Source of the DNA: Methanobacteriota archaeon
GTDB taxonomy: Archaea > Thermoplasmatota > E2 > DHVEG-1
DNA: 64,000 nt
Assembly: GCA_963769885.1 (NCBI GenBank)
Contig: CAVYNH010000005.1
Location: 32,001-96,000 of the forward strand
Direction of reading: 5' to 3'
The notes beneath the pieces were generated by a model. The model had not been told where the DNA came from. It searched no databases and saw only the letters and a program-made list of their open reading frames with translations. Within the stretch, counting starts at the first letter, position 1. Each line of letters starts with the position of its first letter. This document shows, piece after piece, positions 40,561 to 49,241 of this stretch. The position numbers were made by a program, and so were the translations under genes.

Positions 40561-41040
40561 ATGCCAGAAATCATTGAAGCCCTCGTGGACGGCGGCAAGG
40601 CGTCCGCGGGCGCACCGCTCGGACCCGCCCTTGGGCCCAAGGGCGTCAACATCATGCAGGTCATCACCGCCATCAACGACAAAACGAAGCAGTTTCAGGG
40701 GATGAAGGTCCCCGTCAAGATCATCATCGACCCCAAGACCAAAGAGTTCACTATCGAGGTCGGCACACCGCCGGCCGCGTCCCTGATCCTCCGGGAGGTC
40801 GGCGCGGAGAAGGGCTCCGGGGTACCGTCCAAGTCGAAGATCGGGAACTTGACCATCGACCAGGCAGTCAAGATCGCGAAGATGAAGTACGACAGCATCC
40901 AGGGCAGGGACCTCAAGGCGAAGACCAAGGAGGTCATCGGCACCTGCACGTCCATGGGAGTGACCGTCGAAGGGAAGAGGCCCAAGGACGTCAACGTCGA
41001 CATCGACAACGGGCAGTACGACGCGAAGTTCAAGGAATAA
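40561..41040 (+). CDS. rpl11: 50S ribosomal protein L11
   Basis: GGKA.AG.PLGPALGP.G, GM.VPVK, GTPPA, GTC.SMG. Confidence 0.97.
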   Translation: MPEIIEALVDGGKASAGAPLGPALGPKGVNIMQVITAINDKTKQFQGMKVPVKIIIDPKTKEFTIEVGTPPAASLILREVGAEKGSGVPSKSKIGNLTIDQAVKIAKMKYDSIQGRDLKAKTKEVIGTCTSMGVTVEGKRPKDVNVDIDNGQYDAKFKE

Positions 41041-41048
41041 GCCGTCCG

Positions 41049-41062
41049 CCCTTTTTTTCTCT
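41049..41062 (+). terminator. Oligo-pyrimidine/T-tract terminator after rpl11
   Basis: cccttttttctct just after the stop; the next gene is convergent. Confidence 0.5.
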
Positions 41063-41097
41063 CCCTTAAGACTCTAGCTTTTTTGTCGATTCTTACC

Positions 41098-42450
41098 TTA
41101 TGGAGTGTTGATCTCAAAGGGGGTTTTCGCAGGGTGCTTGTCGAAGATGAACCAGGGAAGAATGATATAGAAGGGATAATGGTGGGGTAACTGTATTTTA
41201 AGGATTAGGTTAATGCCGTAGATCAGTTTCCATCCGAAGCGCAGCTCTTGGTAGTAGTTCCCGTCGATGCAGGGACTGCCCGGTGCCTGGGCATGGAACG
41301 GTTTAATCAGGGTGAAGAAAAGCGAGCGGTTGTTCTCAACAAAGTTGTTTTCGGTGATGGTGACCGCGCTGCGAAAGATTTCGGTTTGAATCCCGAGGTC
41401 GTTGTGTCGAAGTTCGTTGCGTGTAAAGAGGTTGTCCGTATGTATCATGGAGATGGCCATGCCGACCCTGCAATTGGAGATGTTGTTGAGCCTCACCTGC
41501 CCATGGGAGCCGTTGCCGGTATAGACAATAGCATAATCATTGTTCCAGAATCTATTCCCATAAATAATGTTATAATCGCCGCGATTGATCTCGATGCCGT
41601 GATTGCCGTTTCGGAATGAGTTCTTCGAGATGTTTACCTGATCCGAGTAAACGATGACGCCTGTTGAGCCCCCCTCGAACGTGTTTTCAAAAGCAACGAC
41701 GTTCTCAGAATCGTAGATCTGGACCGCCATGAGGGTTGCATTGAAGGAATTGTTCACGACAAGACAGTTACCCGAGTTCTTGCACATATAGAGCTCATTA
41801 ACCAGGATATCGGAAAAACGGTTGTTTCGAATCTGCGTGTTGGGGCTTCCTTCGAGGTAGATACCAGTGGTGCTAAGGATATTGTCGGTAATGTAGGTGG
41901 TCGAGGCGTTGTACAGGCCGATACTGCGCCAGGTTCCAGTAATGATGTTTCGCGCGATAAAGTTCTCGTCCCCACGGACCGTTATCCCGGTGGTCATCGT
42001 CATGTTCCCGTTCACCGTGCCATTCAAGATGTTGTCAGCGATCGTGTTGCCATCAGATAAAATGAGGACAAGGGAGGCAGTCCAGTTGCCGGACGTGTTT
42101 CGAATGGTGAACCCGGTGATAGCGCAACTAGCGAGAAGCACGGTACCGTTCCCTCGTTGACCGGCGTCGATGATAGTCGTATCCTTATCCTCGCCTTCTA
42201 AGATTATGGACTGATTAACGACGACGTTTTCCATGTACGGCGAGCCTTGACTATAGACGAACACCGTGTCCCCAAACGCGGCTGCATCGATTGCATCCTG
42301 AATCTTGCTATAATTCCCGGGTCCCGACCCACCCACATACAGGGTTGTGTACCTTTGTGACGCCCCATGCCTGTCGCTGGATTGCGCAAGCACCGAGATG
42401 CTCGTCCCAAGAAACAGCAGGACAACGCCTACGGCCATGGATTTCTTCAT
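41098..42450 (-). CDS. Secreted parallel beta-helix (NosD/CASH) protein
   Basis: Signal peptide, YVGGSGPGNYSKIQDAID, Asn-ladder repeats, C-terminal GNYY...W..FD.HPA..P. Confidence 0.88.
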   Translation of the reverse strand: MKKSMAVGVVLLFLGTSISVLAQSSDRHGASQRYTTLYVGGSGPGNYSKIQDAIDAAAFGDTVFVYSQGSPYMENVVVNQSIILEGEDKDTTIIDAGQRGNGTVLLASCAITGFTIRNTSGNWTASLVLILSDGNTIADNILNGTVNGNMTMTTGITVRGDENFIARNIITGTWRSIGLYNASTTYITDNILSTTGIYLEGSPNTQIRNNRFSDILVNELYMCKNSGNCLVVNNSFNATLMAVQIYDSENVVAFENTFEGGSTGVIVYSDQVNISKNSFRNGNHGIEINRGDYNIIYGNRFWNNDYAIVYTGNGSHGQVRLNNISNCRVGMAISMIHTDNLFTRNELRHNDLGIQTEIFRSAVTITENNFVENNRSLFFTLIKPFHAQAPGSPCIDGNYYQELRFGWKLIYGINLILKIQLPHHYPFYIILPWFIFDKHPAKTPFEINTP

Positions 42451-42576
42451 AGCAGTCCCCCTGATTAGTTATCGTTAAAGCAGCTATTAAGCATATCCCT
42501 GCCCTTTATATATTAAAAAAACGAGTAATAAGACGTTCAGACCACGCCTCGTAAGGATAATTCAAAATTCGATGAG

Positions 42577-43248
42577 TTATATCCGCCGAAATCCGCGGGT
42601 GAAGAACTGTCGAATCGACAGCGCCATCCGATCGCTCCGATAACTCAGCGGGATGGTCTGCCCCCCACCCCAGCAACGCCCCTTCTGTATCTCCGAGACG
42701 ACCGTGTCCAACCGATCGTCCGTGGTATCAACCGTGGTGTAGGCGTACCCAACGTACTGCGGCATATGCGAGTCGCTACCACCGGTCCCCCCCAAATGCA
42801 TGGACCGGGCGATCCGCGCGCACTTGACGTTCGTCCGCGGCAGGCTACACCCGTTGAACACCTCGATCGCGGGAACCTTCGACGAGATCACCTCGAGCCT
42901 CTCCACATGGACCCCGGACAGGAACCGGTACACATGCGGCACGACCGGAATCCCACCCCGATCCACCACCGCCTCCACCGTCTCTACTATGGGAAGCCCC
43001 CGAGGAACCGGCTCCGTGACATTCAGCGCAAGCAGATGCCCCTCACCCGTGGAAATCTCTATGGCGGGGATGGCGATGAAGCCTTTCGGCGCCGCCGCCT
43101 GCGCCTTCAACCCCCCCTCCACCGTGTTGTGATCCGTGATGGCGACTCCGTGCAAACCCCTCTTCTGAAGTACAGCCATGATTTCCTGCGGCGTCCCCGC
43201 GCCATCTTCAGAGTAACACGAATGGACATGAAGATCAAGCCGAAGCAT
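42577..43248 (-). CDS. PHP domain metal-dependent phosphoesterase
   Basis: DLHVHS..S.DG, AITDHN, EI...GHLL, PH, EVFNG, GGSDSH; start ATG 43248. Confidence 0.92.
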   Translation of the reverse strand: MLRLDLHVHSCYSEDGAGTPQEIMAVLQKRGLHGVAITDHNTVEGGLKAQAAAPKGFIAIPAIEISTGEGHLLALNVTEPVPRGLPIVETVEAVVDRGGIPVVPHVYRFLSGVHVERLEVISSKVPAIEVFNGCSLPRTNVKCARIARSMHLGGTGGSDSHMPQYVGYAYTTVDTTDDRLDTVVSEIQKGRCWGGGQTIPLSYRSDRMALSIRQFFTRGFRRI

Positions 43249-43560
43249 AATGAACCGTCCGAAAGCCCCGGCCGTTTTTGTAGCTTCCGGTAAACACTCA
43301 CAATAAAAAGAAAGTGTTAAATAAGCCAACCCAATTGACGGGCAGTGGGAGAGGCAGAAATTCCTATGATGGCCGAGAAGCCACGACAACTGAGCAGACA
43401 TAAGTTTGGGGACCTCGAACTCGTCGACAAAACCCTCTTTTTCATCTGTGCAAACCGACGAGACAACTAGCCCACCCCAAAAAAAAGAGCCGCACACGGC
43501 AAAAACTTATTTAAGCCTCCGATGGATTAATACACCCTACGTGAGACCATAGGAGGAAAG

Positions 43561-44331
43561 ATGCAAATGGAGAAATATTTAGAGTCAATGACATCACAAA
43601 AAGGAACTCGGGTCACCACCGGGATCAAAGGCCTCGACGAACTCCTCCACGGAGGACTCCCCACCGGCTCCATCACCCTCGTCTCCGGCACCCCAGGCAC
43701 CGGCAAGACGATCCTCTGCTTCCAATTCATCAACGCCGGACTCACCAACGGCGAAAAATGCCTCTTCCTCACCAGCGACGACCGCATCCCCAACCTCATC
43801 CTCCAAGCCCGCGAATTCGGCTTCGACTTCGACGCTCCCACCAAAACCGGCCAACTCCGCTTCGTCTACCTCAACCCCGAAAAACACACCCTCCACCGCG
43901 ACCTCGAAGACGAACTCCAATCCCAAAACTATACCCGCCTCGTCCTCGACTCCCTCACCCCCCTCTCCGAAATGCCGGTCTGGGTCGTCAGCCACGGCAC
44001 CGAAATCATCCCCTCCGACGACAGCACCGCCAACTCCCCCTACCCCCTCAACTCCATCCAAGCCATGCGCGTCCACCTCCGCCGCCTCATGACCATCCTC
44101 AAATCCGAACACTGCACCAGCCTCGTCACCAGCGAAGTCCCCGAAGGCTCCCGAGACCTCTCCCGCGACTCCATCTCCGAATTCATGGTCGACGGCATCT
44201 TCGTCCTCGACCTCGATCCCACCATGGACCGACGCAAACTCACCATCCGCAAAATGCGCGCCACCAAACACACCCTCAAACCCCACACCATCGAAATCAC
44301 CGACCACGGCGGCATGCAACTCCAACTTTAA
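43561..44331 (+). CDS. Single-domain KaiC/RAD55-like RecA-family ATPase
   Basis: TGI.GLDELL.GG.P, GTPGTGKT, RLVLDSL, DG, KMR.T.H; SD AGGAGG upstream. Confidence 0.9.
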   Translation: MQMEKYLESMTSQKGTRVTTGIKGLDELLHGGLPTGSITLVSGTPGTGKTILCFQFINAGLTNGEKCLFLTSDDRIPNLILQAREFGFDFDAPTKTGQLRFVYLNPEKHTLHRDLEDELQSQNYTRLVLDSLTPLSEMPVWVVSHGTEIIPSDDSTANSPYPLNSIQAMRVHLRRLMTILKSEHCTSLVTSEVPEGSRDLSRDSISEFMVDGIFVLDLDPTMDRRKLTIRKMRATKHTLKPHTIEITDHGGMQLQL

Positions 44332-44407
44332 ACCCCGCCCTACCCCAGCCTCGTTTTTCCCGCAATAAAAGTAAAATAGTCACAGCCCATCACCCACCCA
44401 GGACGCC

Positions 44408-44965
44408 ATGCTCCCAAAAAACAGCCTCACCCGATCCCCACAGATCCTCGTCATCACCCGAGAAACCAGCCACTGCCCCCTCATCACCAACATGAGCCGC
44501 CTCGGCACCCGCTGCACCGACCTCGGCATAGCAGACGCCGACAAAGTCCTCATCAGCTACGACTACGGCCGCCGCCTCCTCACCACCGCACAACACGCCG
44601 ACGCCAAAACACTCCACCAAGACGACGTCGTCGAAATCGTCGACTACAACCCCCTCAACGACATCATGATGATCATCGGCCCCCAAGACCCCACCCCCGA
44701 AGCCCCCGTCCAATGGATGATCCAAAAAGCACGCCACGACATCAACATCACCCTCCACATCACCAACCCCGCCCTCAACGACACCCTCCCCCCCACCACC
44801 CCCCGCATCACCGACCCACTCCCCACCTCCACCATCGACAAAGCCAAAACCCTCCTCAAAGTACTCCACCAATCCCCCGTCATCGGCACCCCCACTGGCC
44901 CCCTCTTCATCGGCGTCAACGCCGCCACCATCGAACACCTCATCCAAACCCGCCTCCCGAAGTGA
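44408..44965 (+). CDS. Degenerate class II aldolase/adducin-like protein
   Basis: Pattern S..YG.R.L.T......L...DVVE.V..P(T)PE...W.I...R.D....LH resembles aldolase II but lacks the Zn-binding His set; directly upstream of mtnA. Confidence 0.55.
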   Translation: MLPKNSLTRSPQILVITRETSHCPLITNMSRLGTRCTDLGIADADKVLISYDYGRRLLTTAQHADAKTLHQDDVVEIVDYNPLNDIMMIIGPQDPTPEAPVQWMIQKARHDINITLHITNPALNDTLPPTTPRITDPLPTSTIDKAKTLLKVLHQSPVIGTPTGPLFIGVNAATIEHLIQTRLPK

Positions 44966-44972
44966 ACCATCT

Positions 44973-45932
44973 ATGAAATACCAAGGCAAAGACTACAAAG
45001 CACTCTGGCGCGAAGGTGACCGCATCCACTTCATCGACCAACGCCACCTCCCCTTCACCTTCGACATCTACACCGCGCGCACCGTCGACGACATCGCCTT
45101 CGCCATCAAAGACATGATCGTCCGCGGCGCCCCCGCCATCGGTGCCACCGCCGCCTACGGCATGGCCCTCAACAGCCACGACCCAAAACGCGCCGCCCAA
45201 CTCCTCGAGTCCACCCGGCCCACCGCCCATGACCTCTTCTACGCCGTCCGCTACATGACCCACGCCCTCCAAAAAGGAGAAGACCCCTTCATCGCTGCAG
45301 ACCAATACACCGACGAGCTCCTCCGCCGCTGTAAAAAAATCGGCGAACACGGCGCCCAGCTCATCTCCGACGGCACCCGCATCCTGACTCACTGCAACGC
45401 CGGCGCCCTCGCCACCGTTGACTACGGCACCGCCCTCGCCGTCCTGCGCGAAGCCCATCACCAAGACAAAAAGATGTACGTCTACGCCGACGAGACCCGA
45501 CCGCGGCTCCAAGGACTCCTCACCGCCTGGGAACTCTTCCACGAAGGCATCCCCTTCTCCCTCATCGCGGACAACGCCGCCGGCTACTACATAGCCAAAG
45601 GCGACATCGACCTCGTCATTGTCGGAGCCGACCGTATCGCCAAGAACGGCGATATCGCGAACAAGATCGGCACCTACGAAAAAGCCGTCCTCGCCCACCA
45701 CAACGACATCCCCTTCTACGTCGCAGCCCCAGAGAACACCTTTGACCCCACCCTCCTGCACGGAGCCCAGATCGTCATCGAAGAACGCTTCGGCAACGAA
45801 CTGAAGGAAGCCCACGGGGCGCGCCTCATCCCCGACTGGGTCCCCGTGAAAAACCCGGCCTTCGACGTCACCCCCCACCAGCTCATCACCGGCTACATCA
45901 CCGAGAATGGCATCCGAAAAACCTGGCAATAA
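44973..45932 (+). CDS. mtnA: S-methyl-5-thioribose-1-phosphate isomerase
   Basis: DQR.LP, MIVRGAPAIG, TRPTA, THCNAGALAT, ETRPRLQG, GADRI, NKIGTY, NPAFDVTP. Confidence 0.93.
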   Translation: MKYQGKDYKALWREGDRIHFIDQRHLPFTFDIYTARTVDDIAFAIKDMIVRGAPAIGATAAYGMALNSHDPKRAAQLLESTRPTAHDLFYAVRYMTHALQKGEDPFIAADQYTDELLRRCKKIGEHGAQLISDGTRILTHCNAGALATVDYGTALAVLREAHHQDKKMYVYADETRPRLQGLLTAWELFHEGIPFSLIADNAAGYYIAKGDIDLVIVGADRIAKNGDIANKIGTYEKAVLAHHNDIPFYVAAPENTFDPTLLHGAQIVIEERFGNELKEAHGARLIPDWVPVKNPAFDVTPHQLITGYITENGIRKTWQ

Positions 45933-46001
45933 CACTCCAGGCTTACCTCTGTTTTCCCCATGAAGCCTGAGATTTAAATAGCCAGAACCAGATGCATCCC
46001 T

Positions 46002-46262
46002 TTGAGCTTGATGAAGCTAGAAACCTGGGACGAATGCGAAGACCAGAACCCCTTCTTCTGTTGGTCCTGCGGTAAGCAACTTATAATAACTGACGAAATC
46101 AAGGAACGAATCTGCGCAGACTGTAAAAAAAGCCCTCGTAAGAAACCAACCGACAACACCTTCTACTGCTGGGCCTGCGGCAAACCACTCCGCTCTATGG
46201 ACGAAGTCGCCCAAGGCATTTGCGCCGCCTGCCGCAGCGCGATCCTCCGAAAACTGCGATAA
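46002..46262 (+). CDS. Small tandem C4 zinc-ribbon protein
   Basis: Two repeats FFCWSCGKQL..ICADC and FYCWACGKPL..ICAAC; TTTAAATA about 25 nt upstream. Confidence 0.8.
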   Translation: MSLMKLETWDECEDQNPFFCWSCGKQLIITDEIKERICADCKKSPRKKPTDNTFYCWACGKPLRSMDEVAQGICAACRSAILRKLR

Positions 46263-46290
46263 ATAAAGAAAGGAGGAGGGGGAGCCCGAA

Positions 46291-49101
46291 CTATGAGGCT
46301 CCATCCAAACTGCCCTCGTTACAGGGCTGGTACGGGTTGAACGCAGGGTCGCCATACAAGGCGAACTCATGTAAGGCGACGTACTTCTTGTCCAACACCC
46401 TCGTCCGCTCATTCTGCAGCTGCGGGGCGATGGACGACGCCAGCATAGCATTCAGCGCCGGACAATCCGTGAACAGCGACAGCGGCGGCGTCCACAAGAA
46501 GGTCGCGTTCGCATCCGCGGGGAGGTACGCGTTCTTGGAGTCGCGCAGCGCCCGGCCGATGTCCGCATCGTTGTCAATCAGGTTCTGGATGGTCTTCTCC
46601 GCTATGACCGCACCGAAATGCAGGTCGGGGAACCGATGCCGCAGCTTATACTGCAGGATCGCCTTCAACAGCCCGAGGATGCCGAAGCCGAGCCCGTTGG
46701 CGAACAGCCGAGGCTCCAGGTACCCGGGGTCCGCGGTGACCCGCGTCGACCCGATGTAGGCGTTCACGCCCACATGGAGGTACTCCTGGGACAGGACACT
46801 CTCCGCGAGCATCCCATCCGTCCGCGCCGTGATGCAGCTCTCCACGAAGATGACGGCCGGACCGTACTTCATCCCGCTCACCGCCCGCAGGTCATAGGCG
46901 CCCTTATCGGATAGGCTGCTGCGGGCCTTGGGGTAGATCCGGGCCCAGGTGGTTACCCCTGGGAACCCCCGGGAGTCGATGAAGACGTCGCCGAACTCAT
47001 ACATGTTGAAGAACCCATGGGAGAACGCGAAGATCAGGCTGCTGTTTTCCTGCATCGAGCCGCCCTTAACCTTCTCTGTTGCACTCAAGAGGTTGATGAG
47101 TTTCTTTGGGAAGAGGAGTTTGCTGAGAAGCCCTGTGTTCTTGATGCGGTCCAGCCCGGTGAGGGTGAAGCCTTCGCGCTGGGACTGCAGCCAGAACGTA
47201 TGTTTGGCGTCGTACCCGCCCGTGGCCATGAGTTCGGTAAGCTTGGTGTTAATGAACCAGCTCTCACCGGTGGGGAACTTCGTCGGCTCCCCTCGGCCAC
47301 TGTAGAGGATGGATTCAAGCTTGGTCGCGATTGGTAGGTTTTGGAACTCCAGGCCGCAGCCGGTCTGCACCAGCGAGGTGTTCTTCCACTCGCTCATGTT
47401 CGCGATGATGTTCTCATAAAAGAAAGTCCGGTCGAGCAGGGCGCTGACGTCCTGGGCATCAATCCCGGTAACCCGACCGACGGCGTTCTCCTGGACCGGC
47501 CAATAGGTCAGGGTGTCATTCTCTGGGTCAGTGGGCCGGGGGTCGATGTCCCCGAAGTAGAAGTCGCTGGGGACGTAGTAACCCATGATTGCCCCGTTGT
47601 GCGTGTCTGCCATCCCGTCGGGGTTGTGGTAGAAGTACATCGGGACCATGGTGGGGTCTGCGACAATCGCGATGTAGGCGGGGTCCTGGTAGTAATGCTC
47701 TCGGAGGGATTTCGTGTCGTTGGTGTCGATGTGGGCGAGGCTTGCGAGGAGTGTGTTGAGCTGGTCGTGGATCGCCTTAGTATGTTCGTTGGAGGCGGGC
47801 CCGAGGTAGAAGTTACTGCCGGGCTGGGTGACGCCGGGGCAGGGGCTGCCGTTGTAGAGAACGTTGTCATCTGCGGCGAAGGCGAATGAGGTGTTGGCGA
47901 AGACAATCCCCTGGTGGTACGCGGCGAGGTAGGCTGCTGTGCTGGAGATGTTGGACATGAGGGGGACGAGGGGGGAGTCGATGCTGTCGACGGTGATACG
48001 GAGGTTGTATTTGCCGGAGGTCTGGGCGAACCAGCTGCCGTAGACCTTGACGTGGTACGTGCCTGGCTTATTGTACATGACGGTCTCGAAGTGGACGCGG
48101 TCTTCGACAATCAAGCCCTCAGGGTCCCGGATGGGGGTGCCGCCGGCCGAGGATCCGTAGAAGTAGGTCTGGTTGGCGGAGTCGGTGAGCATGAACATGA
48201 TGCGGTCGCCGAGGAGCTGGACGTTCTGGGAGTCGAGGTTGCGCAAGTCGAAGCTGAGGACGGCGTACTTATATCCCTCAGGGATGGTGAAGTCGTGGGT
48301 GGCGAGGGCACCATGCCGCAGCACGGCCCACGCCTGGCTGGGGAGGACGACGGAGGAGGTCGCGGTGCCGTTGAACTCGTAGCGGGTGCTGTTGAGGATG
48401 GCTGGCTGGTGGGCGTCGAGAGGGTTGGTGATGACGATGTAGTTGGAGGGTGAGCCGAACTTGGTCTTGATGACGGCCTGGGTCTCGGATAGGATCTGGG
48501 CGGGGGAGGTGAAGTAGATGGCGTTGTAGGTCTCGGTGCAGGCGATGTTGCCGCAGACGTAGAGGTTGTGGATGCCGAGGTAGTCGAGGACGTCGACGAC
48601 GTCGCTGTCGAACTGCGCGGCGACGATGACGGGGATGCTGAGATACGAGGCGAGGGGGGTGATGCAGACGCCAAGGTCGTAGCCGGTCTGGTCTTCGCTG
48701 AGCAGGACCGCGGTGTCACTATGTTTCCAGAGGAGGACGGCGGCGGCGAGGGAGGCGCGTTCGGGGCTGGCGCCACCCACGATGTAGTCGGCGTAGATGC
48801 CGGTCATGGATTCGGCGCGCTGGACCGCGGTGGAGGGGCTATTGAAGTTTTTGATGTAGAGCGGGATAATTTCCTGGTTTTTCCCATTGTAGTGGATGGC
48901 GAGGGGGGTGGCGATGAGGGCGTAGAAGGGGCTGGCGTCAGAGGCGGCGATGGCGGTGGGGAAGTCGGGGATGAACGCCGCGGAGGCGTTGAAATACGGC
49001 TGTGGGGTGGAGGGGGCGCTGGTCGCGGGGGTCAGGGGGACCGCCGTGGTCAGGAGCAGGACGACGGCTGCAATTGAGAGGAGAGAAGTGTTCTTATGCA
49101 T
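46291..49101 (-). CDS. Secreted peptidase C25 (gingipain/PorU-like) family protein with N-terminal CWB2-like region
   Basis: Signal peptide; I.AD...VP, PSD...D.D, E.AVGR, catalytic SHG and ESC, G...YIG, F.LYGDP; W..S..AVL...D....PLASYL.IP resembles cell-wall-binding repeat 2. Confidence 0.8.
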   Translation of the reverse strand: MHKNTSLLSIAAVVLLLTTAVPLTPATSAPSTPQPYFNASAAFIPDFPTAIAASDASPFYALIATPLAIHYNGKNQEIIPLYIKNFNSPSTAVQRAESMTGIYADYIVGGASPERASLAAAVLLWKHSDTAVLLSEDQTGYDLGVCITPLASYLSIPVIVAAQFDSDVVDVLDYLGIHNLYVCGNIACTETYNAIYFTSPAQILSETQAVIKTKFGSPSNYIVITNPLDAHQPAILNSTRYEFNGTATSSVVLPSQAWAVLRHGALATHDFTIPEGYKYAVLSFDLRNLDSQNVQLLGDRIMFMLTDSANQTYFYGSSAGGTPIRDPEGLIVEDRVHFETVMYNKPGTYHVKVYGSWFAQTSGKYNLRITVDSIDSPLVPLMSNISSTAAYLAAYHQGIVFANTSFAFAADDNVLYNGSPCPGVTQPGSNFYLGPASNEHTKAIHDQLNTLLASLAHIDTNDTKSLREHYYQDPAYIAIVADPTMVPMYFYHNPDGMADTHNGAIMGYYVPSDFYFGDIDPRPTDPENDTLTYWPVQENAVGRVTGIDAQDVSALLDRTFFYENIIANMSEWKNTSLVQTGCGLEFQNLPIATKLESILYSGRGEPTKFPTGESWFINTKLTELMATGGYDAKHTFWLQSQREGFTLTGLDRIKNTGLLSKLLFPKKLINLLSATEKVKGGSMQENSSLIFAFSHGFFNMYEFGDVFIDSRGFPGVTTWARIYPKARSSLSDKGAYDLRAVSGMKYGPAVIFVESCITARTDGMLAESVLSQEYLHVGVNAYIGSTRVTADPGYLEPRLFANGLGFGILGLLKAILQYKLRHRFPDLHFGAVIAEKTIQNLIDNDADIGRALRDSKNAYLPADANATFLWTPPLSLFTDCPALNAMLASSIAPQLQNERTRVLDKKYVALHEFALYGDPAFNPYQPCNEGSLDGAS

Positions 49102-49131
49102 AGAAATCAAGAGTAATTTATCCGAGAAGGT

Positions 49132-49141
49132 TATTTAAAAG
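49132..49141 (-). promoter_or_regulatory. TATA box of the C25 peptidase gene
   Basis: Minus-strand CTTTTAAATA about 30 nt upstream of the ATG. Confidence 0.55.
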
Positions 49142-49241
49142 TATTGAATATATAAAAGATTGATATAAATAGGTACAGCAAAGAGTCCTGGGATGGGAGA
49201 AAAAAAGAAGAAGGGGGAGGGGGGGTGCCCCTCTCGTAGTC

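Noticed and set aside
43366-43400. C/D box sRNA (ATGATG...CTGA)
   Set aside because: Imperfect C box, only one D box, and no second guide or terminal stem visible.
43561-44331. Circadian KaiC clock
   Set aside because: Single-domain protein with no kaiA or kaiB; belongs to the widespread archaeal KaiC-like ATPases.
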